In this document: positions 27,242-39,396 of the stretch, in pieces | Layout: the number at the start of each line of letters is the position of its first letter | Numbering within the stretch: the first letter of the stretch is position 1 | DNA from: Cystobasidiomycetes sp. EMM_F5 | Lineage: Eukaryota | Assembly: GCA_051047955.1 (NCBI GenBank) | Contig: JBPGPT010000002.1 | Span: forward strand, 744,001-808,000 | Reading direction: 5' to 3' | DNA length: 64,000 nt | Position numbers and translations under genes: made by a program | The notes under the pieces: model-generated | The model's input: only the letters and a program-made list of their open reading frames with translations | What the model was told of the DNA's origin: nothing | Database searches by the model: none

Positions 27242-28134
27242 TTAAAGAGAGTCGAGCTGACAAGGTAGCAAAAGACTGAATTAGAATGTAACGTTTGCGT
27301 CGGGAATCCTTCGAGCTTACCTGACCAGCCAATTCGTCGAGTTCCTTCTTGCTCGCCAAGAATTTCGCTTGCGCTTCCTCAAACTTGTGCTCCCATTGGT
27401 CACGCTCCTGCTCTGCACGCGTGACTTGTCTCTCAAAGTGCTCTGCTTTGACATCGACCTGTCGCAATCTGCGAATTATAGACGTGTCAGACTGACGCCA
27501 TCGGTGTCTATAACGTAGACTGTAAGCCCACTTGTCTGTCGTCTCTCGCAGGTTCTTCTCTGCAGTGTCGAGTTCCTCCTCGAGCAACGAAATCTTTCGC
27601 GTCAGGGACTCATTCGTGTCGCGATGTTGACCTGCTTCCTCCTTTGCAGACTTGTGTTCCTTTAGCGACGACTCGAGCTTCTCCAAGTCTGCTTCCGCTA
27701 CGCTGAGCTTGTGCTGTAGTGACTGAATCTCCTGGTCCTTTGTCAGAATGTCGTGGTCGAGCTTCTTGACCTTTGCCTCGGCTTCCTCTGCCCGTGTCGC
27801 ATTTGTGTCGGCCTCTACGCGCAATGCAGCAAGTCTCTGCGGATTTGATTGAGTTTGTCAGGCATTCAGCATCGTCCCATCCCGTGTTTCAGTAATTGTA
27901 GCTCCAACACGTACCTCGCGAATACGATCCTACATTGTACGCGGCGAAGCGGCGCGGCAGAACGATGAGAGATTCAAAGTCAGCACATCTGAACGAACGA
28001 CACAACTGCGAAATGGCTAGTAATGCGCCAGCCAGCGTCGCCGAGGTCCAGGATATTGCACCGCACCAGCGCGTTGGCATCAGGCACGAAACGGGCCAGT
28101 GACCCAACAGTGGGTCAGCCATTAGACTCACCAT
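27242..28134 (-). CDS. TPM1: Tropomyosin (Tpm/Cdc8), 5 coding exons
   Basis: M|DRIRE|RLAALRVEAD...EIQSLQHKLS...RKISLLEEELD..EKNLRETTD|.LRQVDVKAEHFERQV...ELDEL..Q|LDSL*. Confidence 0.95.
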
Positions 28135-28636
28135 GGCAGGGTATTATGAAAGCAGATGTGATGCTGTTGTCGGGAATCGCTGTGGTCTAGTCGGAGTCGG
28201 GCAAAGGGCTGACTGCGAGCTGGATGGGGGTCAAGCAAAGAGCCGCCACGAGAGCGCGACTGGGAAAGAAATTAAGGCTTGCTCTTGTACGAATTGGACT
28301 GATGTTACGATTGTAGCTAACGATGCATGTGAAAGCCATGTTGAGGTCTACTGAATACAAAAGCTGACATTCGCACATCTTCGTTGAACGGCAGACCCGT
28401 CAGGTATTTCATGTTCACACACGCTCGCTTGCACTCTGCTTCCTGCCAATTGACGAAGACTGTAGTAGCTGACATCTAACCTTCTGGGCTCTGCCTTTTA
28501 CTGCTTGCATTGACTGATTCTCCGAGCGGGCGAAGCACTAGGTACTTTCGATAGAGATACACCCAACTGCTCCCCACTGTGAAAGAGTTAGGCTGAACTG
28601 GATTCTTTGCAGTTTCACTTCCTGATTGTGAGAACT

Positions 28637-29321
28637 ATGCCGAATATGTCAGATTCGGCGCCGTCCCATCAATTCGACACAGCCCCACCTGAAGGGTGAA
28701 TCTTAATCGTAACGCTGCTACCGACCTGCTGACGACGATTTTGTGCTCCCAATCCGTCACTTTGACGTTTACTTCGAACTGCTCATTCGAATACTGCGCG
28801 CTAGTTTGGCGAGTGACTGAGCTGCACAGACCGCAATGACCCTACCATTCTTACACTCGGTGAATAACGAACGAGGCGTAGTTAGACTCGGTCAGTCAGT
28901 TTGCTGACGTGAATACTCATTTCTCGTAGCACTTGGTCGTCGAGATTAACCATGCCATGGTGGATTGCCTAGTACTCGCTTATCTTGCTGGGTAAGTCCC
29001 CTGCTGCTCATGCAACGGCTGCGACACAAGCACGCCTACAGACGCTGAACGTAAGCACGTTCTGACTGCAGCAGAAAGACGCTGCCCGGTCCAGACTTTC
29101 AAGCGGCTGACAAGGTGAATCTCCGCTTATTCGGTTTGCCTATTGGCAACCGTCTGATTGACAGCGAGACAACTATTGATATCAAGTACTTTCGAGATAT
29201 CGTCAGAAGAGACAAGCAGGCTGTCAGGGCTGCGAAAACGCAATCTGAAGCGCAGCAAGAGACTGAAGTGCATGAAGCCGATGCTGCTGAAGTCAACGGG
29301 AGTGTACCCGTAGACGCTTGA
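28637..29321 (+). CDS. Hypothetical protein; 5' exons uncertain
   Basis: Spliceable exons give ...LPFLHS|HLVVEINHAMVDCLVLAYLA|GKTLPGPDFQAADKVNLRLFGLPIGNRL...*. Clear GTAAGT donor at ~28992. Confidence 0.5.
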
Positions 29322-29473
29322 TAGCTGGATTGCAAATTAGATCTATTTGTAGGAACCGCCATCGTGCACATATGTTAGCCAGCTAGCTACATATTGCGTT
29401 TCGATTATATGGTCTTCTACATATCTATACCGGCCAAGCTTCGTCACAGCCTGACTCCGAACGACAAACATCA

Positions 29474-31639
29474 ATGCGTTACTTTTATGACCCGTCTTCG
29501 TCGTCGTCAGAAGATGAGAGGCCTGAAGCTCCACGGAAGCTGAGCAGTAAAGCCAGAGGAAAGCAACGCGCGATTCAAAGTGACCAGCCCAAACGGCGCG
29601 CAGATTCAACAAATGGAACGAACGAGTAAGCTACAAACGGGGACAACTTCGTCTCAAAGGTAGTTGACATTAATGGAACAGCCGCAATAACTTCCAGACC
29701 GCAAGAAACAGGTTTGCATTCAGTTCAGACTCGTCAAGCGATGATGGCGGAAGCAGTAGTTCCAGCAGTATCAGCTCCGTCAACGACAACGATACACGAC
29801 GAAATGGCAAAGACGACGAACTGCAAGTCTTGAGCGAAACGGATAGCGAAGAAGAAGAGTTTCCTGTAGGGCCATCAGTGCGAAAGGGTGGCCGGCAGCT
29901 GGGGCTATATGCAGGCTACGATGATCCAATCGAGGAGTATACAACGAGGGAACAGAAGAAGGCCAGAGTAAGCATAGAAGATGTTTGCGAGGTTGGAGTT
30001 GTCAGCCATCTGATACGCTTACCCTACTCGAAGCTACGTGCCCAAGAGGCCCACAACAGAGATCTCAATGCTCTACGCGCAATAAGACTGAATGCCTTTG
30101 CGAGAGCCGAGCGGGAGAAGCAGAAGGTACTTGACGACGAAGTTGAATTGGTACGATACATATTTCGGGACCTACCGCCGTCCAAGCTAATATGTGCTAC
30201 AGGTTCGCGTGGTTCTGCAAGACTTTGCAATACGAAGGGCAGCAGATGAGGAACGTGTTGATAGAGAGTTTCGCGAGCGAAATGACCAGCGCTGGAAAGA
30301 GATTAATTCCGCCATTCAGCAGCTAGAGAAGGAAGCGACGGCTGCCGAGAATGCCCGGCAGAAGCAGCTGGAAGCTATATCGAGAGCACAAGCTTTGCGG
30401 GAGGCTGAAGAACGCAAAATCGCCGAGGAAAAACAGGCTTTGGATCGTCAAGCCAAAGAAGCGGCGCAAAGGAAGGAGAAAGCAGAAGCGGACCGTAAGG
30501 AGAATGAACTCAAGCAAGCACAAGAAAAGGAGCGTATTGCAAAGGAAGCCACAGCTACACCGTCACAGCAGTCTCAAGTTACCGCCAGCACTCCTCCTTC
30601 AGGATCTGGTAATAGCCTGTTGGCCGGCAAAGCGCAGTACGAGCGCTGGCTAGCCATAATCAAGGTTGGAAAGCCACCTTCTTACAAATGCATTGTACTG
30701 ACGTACGCCTGCAGACCATGAAAGCGGATGTGCTACCCGCTGTATCGTCCAATCCAAATTGGAGTCGAGCGTGTCGCACGTTGAAACGCAACATCTCCAC
30801 AAGAATCAGTAACATATCTGCGTCATCGTCTGATGTTCGAGCCAAGGTCACGGAAATAAACGCGCTTTTAAATGATAGTAAAAGCACCCCCGAAACTTAT
30901 CAGTGGAGTCTAAATTTGCTCAGCAAGCGCATAATTGGTATGGCGAATATGAACAGCGAGGCCGATCTATCTCCTGTGACTTTTGCGCTGGCGCAAGTGG
31001 TGGTCGCACTCCTCATTGCGGATCATGCTGGCCTGGCAGATATTTTCATGGCACGATTGGTCAAACGCTGTCCGTATATTGTCCCATATTACCCTTTACG
31101 CGGTTCGGTAAGATGCTCTCTCTGTATTGCGCTAAATCACCGCTGAGGAATACTTCGCCGAGTAGATGCCTCTCGAAGATTACAACAAGTTGGTGGGTCG
31201 AAAAGCATCAGAACAGACTGTCAATTACAATCAGCGCATGAGCGGCATTGTCTCGCTGTATGCGGCAATCTGTCAGACCTCACCAGCAGAAGTTCCGCAG
31301 CTACTCGGACAGCCAACGTTTCAGCACGTCTCGCCGTGTCTTCGCCCCGAGGGTGGATGGCGATGGCTTGCGCTTGTACTACGTCCGCCGCTACCTTTGT
31401 TAGATGTCACGCCGCTCTTGCTCTATAATTTCCTTCGAATGTCTGGCGAACGTTTTCATCAGCTGTTTGGTCGACAATTTCTCAAGCTTGTGCAAGCTAT
31501 TGCTATTCAGGGCATAGACAACAAAGCCATTAAATGGAACGATGGTGTCATGGGGGATCTAAGCAAAATTCGAATCATGCTTGGCGAATGGCTGGAAGGG
31601 GGCAAAGTAAGAGGCGCCAACCGAAGTCTATCGGCTTGA
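29474..31639 (+). CDS. GLE1: mRNA export factor Gle1, multi-exon
   Basis: Long coiled coil, then FMARLVKRCPYIVPYYP...YNQRMSGIVSLYAAI...GWRWLALVL..FGRQFLKL. Confidence 0.88.
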
Positions 31640-31758
31640 TGCATTCCCAACAAGACGCTGTTTCATATGCTACATATAATGATCGAAGATACGGTTGATC
31701 CCGTTACCCTATTACTGTTCTCGTGCGCGACCAGTCTGATTATGTTTACCACCATCAT

Positions 31759-34700
31759 TCATTCGTCTTCGGGAGTTGACATTTGCAACACCGTGCATCT
31801 AATGTTTCTGGGTTAATTCGAGTTCGGAAGACAATACAATGATACAACCTACACGCAACCGCAGGCAGCCGGGCACGCCTCCTCGTACTGTCGCCAACCC
31901 TGAAGGCAATCTAGATGATAAGTATGCAGGCATCGCAAGCACGTCTCGGTTAAACCTAAACCGAGATTTAGTTCCAGTAAATACTGCGACACAAAGCAAC
32001 TGACTGTTCAGGGGTAAATGGCAGATGGCGCATGGCTGAGCTTGCCCGCCCGCGCGGCAACGATAGCACACGGCGTACCGTGAGTTGCTGAGAGCTCCAC
32101 CGCAATAAGAGCATGCTCGCTCCAAGGCCAGCGGTAGCGACACGGTGAAGCTGTTATTGAGACCGGCTTCTATCGGCAACCGTCGGGACCAAGGCTGCGA
32201 GGTTGCTGCAGTTGTAAGCTGAAGAACTTGCGTGCGCTGCAGAGGTAAGTGTAGACGCTCCAGAACATTGGCGAGTAGCAGCCGATAGGTCTCTAATTGA
32301 GCTTGCAATCCTCGGCTTGCCAAACTGCTAGTTTGCTGTTGATGTTCGCTAGAGGCGCCACGACCCATTTTCACTACGATCCTCACTGACTGCGCGACCT
32401 TGCGATTTGGCTCCCGAATATTGTCCGCGTTCAGTACGGGAGAATGCGTATCCTCTGCAGCAAAACTGACATGACTATGCATACGGTGACGTCCTACAGT
32501 AGCGTTAGGTCGTGCAGATGCAATGCCTCCAACCTTGCGACTGTCTGTTAGTGGAGCGATAGCAGATCGCTTCGCAAAGGCTGGAGACAGCCCAACCGGA
32601 GATGTTTGCTCAGACAAAGTGCCCGCTGGGGGCGTTTGCTTGCCGCTCTCCGAGCGAGCAGGACCGCCGGTCTGTGAAGTTGCGGACTTGAAGAAATTTG
32701 CGAGAGCCCACGAGGAGCCTCTTCCCCCGGACGAACCTTGCGAGCTATGCTGAGTTCCGTAAGAAGAGGCATTGATGAGTAGATTCTGCGGCGACTTCAA
32801 TGGGATAGCCAATCCGGTAATTGAGGGCGTTTGTACGTTCTCTCCACGATGAGAACCCTGATGAGGTGATGCGTTGCTTCTAGATGACCTAATGCTCTTG
32901 GAGGAGAAGTAGTCTAATTGTCCAAGACTAGTCTGCGGAGATCGGTGGGCACGTCGCAGGACAGGTGTACGAGCTTTGCCGAAAGCTTCAAGAGTGGTCA
33001 AAACATACGTCGACCGCGTGATCACTGCTCCTCACCTCTGCGATCTAGCTCCAATAGGCAAGCTAGCATACCCAGGTTGAGAATATCGCCGTTCAGGTAC
33101 AGTATTTCAAGCATGTCCAGAATGCGTTTCTCAGCCAGCCTGACTCCGTAGATAAGCGATGGAATATCGTCCTCCCGGTGGGGACCAGATTGTGTGAGAT
33201 TGAAGAGAGAGCGCCACATCTCCTTAACGAGCCAGGGAGACTTCGATTGCTCGACGGTTTTGTGGTTCTCCGCAATCATCGAGTGTACACTTCCTCTGAT
33301 AACGTATTTGGCAGCCAGCGCTGCGTCCACTCCCGCTATTGTGCCACAGTGATATGTATATATGCGACCATTGTATGCACGACTGACGCCTGCGTGCAAG
33401 GCAGGGTATCGTAGAGAGCCCATTGACTCGCTTGGAGCGGCCGCAGACTGTTTGTTCTATCGGAGTGTTAGTACTGGAGTGCTGGAGTAAAGGAGCGAAC
33501 CCAATGGACCTACCCGTCGCGCCATCAGCAGAGATGGAATGTTCAACACCTCATCGCTATCATCCTCGTATTCCGCGGCTGCTGTCTCGCCACGATGCCC
33601 ATCGTGTGGCTGCATCTGTAGTGAAGGAATTACTCCAAACGAGTCAAAAAGTCTCCGCCTTCTCTGGCGCTTTCTTTCCCTAATTGATGGTGACGGCGAT
33701 TTCTGTCGCTTGTCGGCTGCAGATGTCAAGCTATCAACAGGATAGTATATAAACAATTGTCCTTTTGGGTCATCAGCGCACAGATCACCTCCTAGATATC
33801 GTACGGCAGTAAACTTACCAGTGACGCTGAAGGTAGCACCGCAGCGCCGAGGAGTCGGACAATTGCGATTCGCAAGCAGCTTGTCTCGCTCAAGTTGCTG
33901 CTGATTTGAGTCGTCATCGTCTTCATCCTCATCGGCACTCAGCTGGCCTATCAGGAGATGGGTGCCGCGAATACTGGTAGCATCGCTTTCATTCAGATCT
34001 TCTGGCTCAATCACTTTGCCGCCCAATAGAGACGTCAGGCACGCTTCGACCGAGTTCAGATGTTTTGCGGCGTAGCGGCTTGCTACGCTGCGCACGGCCG
34101 CTAGAAGTTTAGCGCGAACTTTGTTGCTCGTGCCGGATGTTCGTTCGATGTCAATAGTAAGTGGTACATCTGGGTACTCTTTGGCGAAGGACATAGACAC
34201 GTGTAGTAATATGTGCACCCCGGAAACTCCCCATGGACCCGATAGCGTAGCCTTTACCATTCGCGCCGGTATTGATATCTGGAGACACTGGTCAAGCGGT
34301 ATCCCAGATCGGTGTAATGGCGTACTTACTTTTTCAAAACGAACGTTGCCTTGGAAGGCTCTGACGATTGCTGTCAATTCTTCATGTAGAGGAGTAACGT
34401 CCCTGACGTCTGAAGTTGTAGCCGTATCTCGGTACGGCATGCCATCCAGAGCGTTTTCTTCGCCGCTGGGCTCATCCGTGTGATCTTGATGTGCATCGCT
34501 GACAATCCGTACGCCTTCCATCCAAGTTGCAGTGTCTTCGCCGCCAGGTCGGCGGGTCGCCCCTCGGGTCATGAAGGCTTTGACTTGTGGACGCGGCAGA
34601 TTTTCGGACGACCGAGCCACGATTTTCGACCTGCGATCCGGAAAATACACTCCTTTCGGGTCTGCAGGTGAAGTGCCTAGACTACTGCCCGAAGCACTAC

Positions 34701-36091
34701 CTCCATGCGGGCCCGAGTTGGCAGATCGACTATACCTAGACGGAGCCGCTGCCAGAGGAAGCCTGGCGTGATTGGTAAGCGTCATTGGGGACGTCAGCTT
34801 GTGGGACAAGTCGAATGTCGCCGCAGCTGGGGAAGCGTTGCTGATAGCATTGTGAGATCCTGACGTCGATAGATATTGTCCATGAGTTGCCGAGCCGTGT
34901 AGCGATGGGCTTGTACTAACATCGCGATACGTACGATTCTCAGCATTCCGGCGAAGGTGACGGACTTCAATTGGACTGTGCGGAACGTGTCCGACAAGAC
35001 CTGTAATGGAGTGGGGTATGGGCGTCAAAAGCAGCTGCCTATCGCTACCCCATGTGATGAGTTGAAACTCCCTATCGTCGTTGCTAGCATCATTACCACC
35101 CTGCGCACGCCATAGAAACTCTCGCACTCCGTCTGTGTGCCCAGTAACTTTGTATACCTCCTTCTCCGGATTGGCGCGTGCCCAGAGCTTGACGTCATAC
35201 TCTGAGCGCTGTGGTAGCGTGACAAGTCCATCCCCAAAGGGCGTGTGTCTAGCCCGCCATACTGGAGATGAGGTCGTTATCGTTTGCGTAGGCGTTTCGA
35301 TTTCTTGAGAGCCATCAAAGGTCCAATACTGAAGTAGAGTGTGAGCGTGGCTTCAATTAGAAGAACGAACCGTTTCACACCTTGACTGTGCGATCGAGGG
35401 AGCACGTTACTATCTTATTCTTCTCTCGGCGATTCCAGTCCAAGCCATATATCTTCTGATCATGGGCCTTGATCGTTGTTACGGGGGTGCTGCCCTTTCG
35501 GTCATCCCACAAATACACATACTCATTGTGGCTGCTGGCAATCTCGTTTGGATTCTGACGATTGTACTTGACTTGCGTTGCACCGAAGCGCCAGCCGCAG
35601 AAACGTACCGTTGGGCGCTTACCGCCTTGTCGTAAATCATAGCACAGGACGTTACCATCTATACCGCAGGTTGCGAGGCTGTCGCACTGGAATACCGCCC
35701 AGTTGATATCGGTAATGCTTCGTTCGTGGCCCAAGCAGGTGTGCTCAATTGGACTGCCTTGGACTCCGCCAAGATTGAAGACCAGCGCTTTGGTGCCGCT
35801 CGTACTGATGACCCAGTGTGCGCGACTTGGATGTGGAGACCATTGCACGTCTGCCACAATTGTGCTGTAATGAGGGAGAAATCTTGGTGTTGCCCACGGG
35901 TCATCCAGGTCAACGATATGCAAGCCCAGCGTAGATGCGAGGCAGACATCGCGCCCAGATGGGGATATGGAAGCACTCCCGACAGCCTCGTTGAGATTGA
36001 TGCTAATAGTCTTGTGGAACGTCGGATGCTCCGCAGTCTCTGCATCAGTCCGGTCATCTTGGGCAGCAACTGCAGCTGACGGCGCCGACAT
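31759..36091 (-). CDS. MTC5: SEA/GATOR2 subunit Mtc5/Sea3/WDR59 (WD40 + RWD + C-terminal RING), multi-exon
   Basis: SISPSGRDVCLAS..GLHIVDLDDP, VADVQWSPH, GATQVKYNR, WRARHTPFG, RWD-like GPWG..F..EYP, CAICH..C..H.YH.DC...CPAACGC. Confidence 0.9.
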
Positions 36092-36179
36092 GGCAGCAAT
36101 ACGCAAGGACGTGTGTCATGATTTCATGTTTCTCGCGTCTGTGTGTACGACTGCCGTCATGATATTTCCAACACTGGTG

Positions 36180-37387
36180 TCAAGCCAAATGGGGAGACAA
36201 CAACGAGAAGCAACTCGGATGCTGTACCTTTTCCTGCCGCGCGACTTCTACCAAACTTCCATCGTCCTTTCTCTCATATATCACTGCTCCAGTCTGCGTC
36301 TTTGACCCGGCTATTAAGTAGTTTTTCTGCTCGGCGGAGAACAAATACGCGCAACGAGGATGATCCAAGCCAGATCTGATCTCGCCGAGCCTCTGTATCG
36401 TGTCGCCATTTCCTGAAACAGAAAACCATACGATAGCATCCCCATCCGGGTGCTGCTCTAGGCGATTAGTTGCGTAGAGGAACCGTCCATCCTCGGTCAG
36501 CAGGATGGCAGCTCCGTTCATGACTAGACCTTTCTCAACGTCGGAGGGTAGAATGGACAGCCGGTGCTTATCGCTTGGCACGCTACGACTTTTCAGAGAG
36601 TGAACGGTCACCGTGTTGTCCAATTCATTGACTGCATATACATGCTCGCCTGAAGAAACAGCTGTCAATGATACGCACCGCAATCTGGTTCGCGCAACTC
36701 ACCGTCCGGAGGAAGGGCTACATGTCTGGGACCTGCTCCCGGCCGGCACGGCAAAAATCCGCCGTCGCGAAGCAGTCTCAACTTGTCTGAACCGAGATCC
36801 GGAATAATCCAGTCGTTCAGAGTCTGGCTGTAGAAGCAGCCATGGGGGTGAGGCGCTTCTTGCCTGCCATTAACATCAGGCCCAGTCTTGAAGGACGTCT
36901 CTGCTTGCTTGAAATTGTGCCTCTCCAGAGAGGTCTCCACTATTGTTCCGTCCACGTTCAGCTTGTAGACAGACACCAAATTCGAGTCGTACTGGATGAT
37001 GCACGCCAATTAGCACAATAACAGCAGTGCAAACACCTAAACACGCACGTTTGCCATGACAATCTCGTCTGCTTTAGGCGACACCGCGGCATGACATGGG
37101 TCTCTCCCAGCCGAGGTGATGTTCTGGACAACCTCAACATCCAGTCCCGCATCATCAGATCTCGAGCCGCGTTTGAGCTTGAAGACCGTCAGCGTCCCTT
37201 CGTTTGTAGGCGCAGCTTTGACGCCGTAGAACAGGTCATCGTGCACTGGGTGTGGCGATATCCAAGTGTAGCTCGCCAGCGGGGTCGCCCGCAGAGTCGT
37301 GCAATCCAATGAGCCAGCCTCTGCGTCAAAGTCGAGCACTTCGAGGTGTCCGGCAAAGTTGCCAACGAGCAGGCGCGCAGTACGCAT
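36180..37387 (-). CDS. 7-bladed beta-propeller lactonase (6-phosphogluconolactonase/muconate cyclase family), 3 exons
   Basis: GRDPCHAAV..ANY, RQEAPHPH, IPDLGSD, GAGPRH, YAVNELDN, GRFLYATNR, HPR. Confidence 0.88.
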
Positions 37388-37632
37388 CGCTTGGGGCGAA
37401 TATTTGCAGGTGAGACAAGCCGGAAGGACCTCTTTAACGATGTACAAAGCGAAAGTCCATCACGACAAAGAGAGTACATATTCGTGCCTGGGCTTTGTTC
37501 GAAACATGACTATGGCTACAGTTGTACGAAGGAACTACTGCACATAACTGCTTACGTTGAATTACGCAATTCGATGGCGCATACTGCGTACTTCTGAAAT
37601 CTGCGCATGTAGCCGAGTACTTTATCATTACT

Positions 37633-39215
37633 TCAAGCGGCTTGCGGCCGTTCCGTTTGATCAGGAGTCGTGCCAGCGATACGATGAGCTTGGTTACTGA
37701 TATCCGCTTTCGCCTTTTCATTATCAACGGCGGACAAGGCCGCTTCTTTGGCCGACCTCCTTCGTTCCCTTTCAACCTGTACGCTCTTTCTTCGCTCGTC
37801 GTACGCGCCTTCGCGTGTTAGCCAGCGGGCAACTTCAGGGTCTTTACGGCGTACTTCTAGCCACCTGTCTTCCTTACGGTGAAAGTACTCTGCCAGAATG
37901 ACCGAAAGGACTGCCCATAGGAGCATCCAGATGAAGAGGAAACCCAAGATGAAGCCAAATGCGAAATCAAAAGGCGTCGTCCAGCATACAGCGGCTGATG
38001 CACCGAAGTACAGAGCACATCCATATGCCCAGAATAACGTCTCGTACCACATCAAATCCCGGTAGACAGGTGATGCGTTGTACCTGTGTATACCACGACA
38101 ATCAGCTGTCAGTCACTGAGCAGAGTATAGCATGCTCGGTATACATACCTCTCATTCAGCGCTCGACGATATGGCTTGCCGTGTCTGAAGTCTACAGCGC
38201 CAATATCTTCAAACAAGTAGAATACACCTGGCTTGATGGGTGTTCCTTTGACGTCCGAAGACATCTGAAATGGCAATCGGAAGCCAAAGAGAGTGACGAA
38301 GAAGTAGATGCCTGGGCACGCGACTAGCATTGGCGCAGACATGAGAAAGAAGTTGCTACGGCAAGAAAATCAGTCAGCTCAATATACACGAAGAAGGTAT
38401 GGGTATACTGACTAGAGTATAGGCTTGACAGTCGGTCCAATAGCCAACGGCCATGCGAATATGAGTAAAGATACACTGTAGAGATGCATCGTCCAATCAA
38501 AGTGCCACCATGGTCCATTGTCATTCAGAGGCCCGTATAAATCTCTGTGCTTGTACACTACCCAAAATATGAGTAATTGGCTCGGCGCCTAGAGTGTCCC
38601 CGCTTACATTTCCACATCCTGAAAGGGTTATCGAAAGAACTGCTGACGCCGAGTGTCGCGGATGCAATGCCTGAGATTACACATTGAATTGGGTCAGCGG
38701 TGGCGTCTTGAGAAAGTGCAGCACATACCCAACAGTGCATGCTCTGACAAAGACGTCTTATCTTTCAGTATGTAGTACAGAACGCATGGAAGTGCGACGT
38801 TGCACATGAGGATGAATATGGCGTAGGCTAGATTTGACCATTTCCTGCGTACACACACGGCTTGTTGGGACTTGCATTCAACTGAGAGCTCATGACGGAC
38901 GTACCTGTGCCATAATCCAAAGCCTTTGAGTCGGGGCAAGTCATGATAGCCTTCCATTTCGCAAGGTCGTCGTTGCAAGTCACCGCCTCTCGTCGGCGTC
39001 TCGACCAGCGTCAGGTCGTCCGGGTTGCCCACAATGGTCTTCTTGAGACTCGCGCTCGTATTCAACGTTGAGCTACTTGTGACTGTGTCATTGTGCACTG
39101 GGAACATGACTGCGACATCCGCGTTGTCCTTTGATTGCTGTATCTTTGCTGTTGGTCCTGCTGCACCAGCCGGCGTAAATGACGTCGCAGCTGAGCCATC
39201 GCCCTGGCTGGCCAT
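37633..39215 (-). CDS. Multi-pass membrane protein of unknown function, multi-exon
   Basis: Several hydrophobic segments across spliced ORFs (NVALPCVLYYIL; GISSATLGVSSSFDNPFRMW; AFGFILGFLFIWMLL). Confidence 0.7.
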
Positions 39216-39396
39216 TCTGAGCAGCCAAAGATGCTACAAATCTCAGGTTTGTAGGCCAATCAGATTGCAGTGTGCTACACTTTCTGGCAGCTTCATAGTC
39301 TGGTTGGTCGTCGAATGAGCCTGCGTTTGGCACAAATATTCAGAATAATTAGAGCTTGATGAGCTGCCTGGCTCTGCACCAAGTACTACATGCTGG

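Noticed and set aside
28492..28502. TGCCTTTTACT resembling U5 snRNA loop I
   Set aside because: Flanks do not form the closing stem, and no Sm site or intron donor follows.
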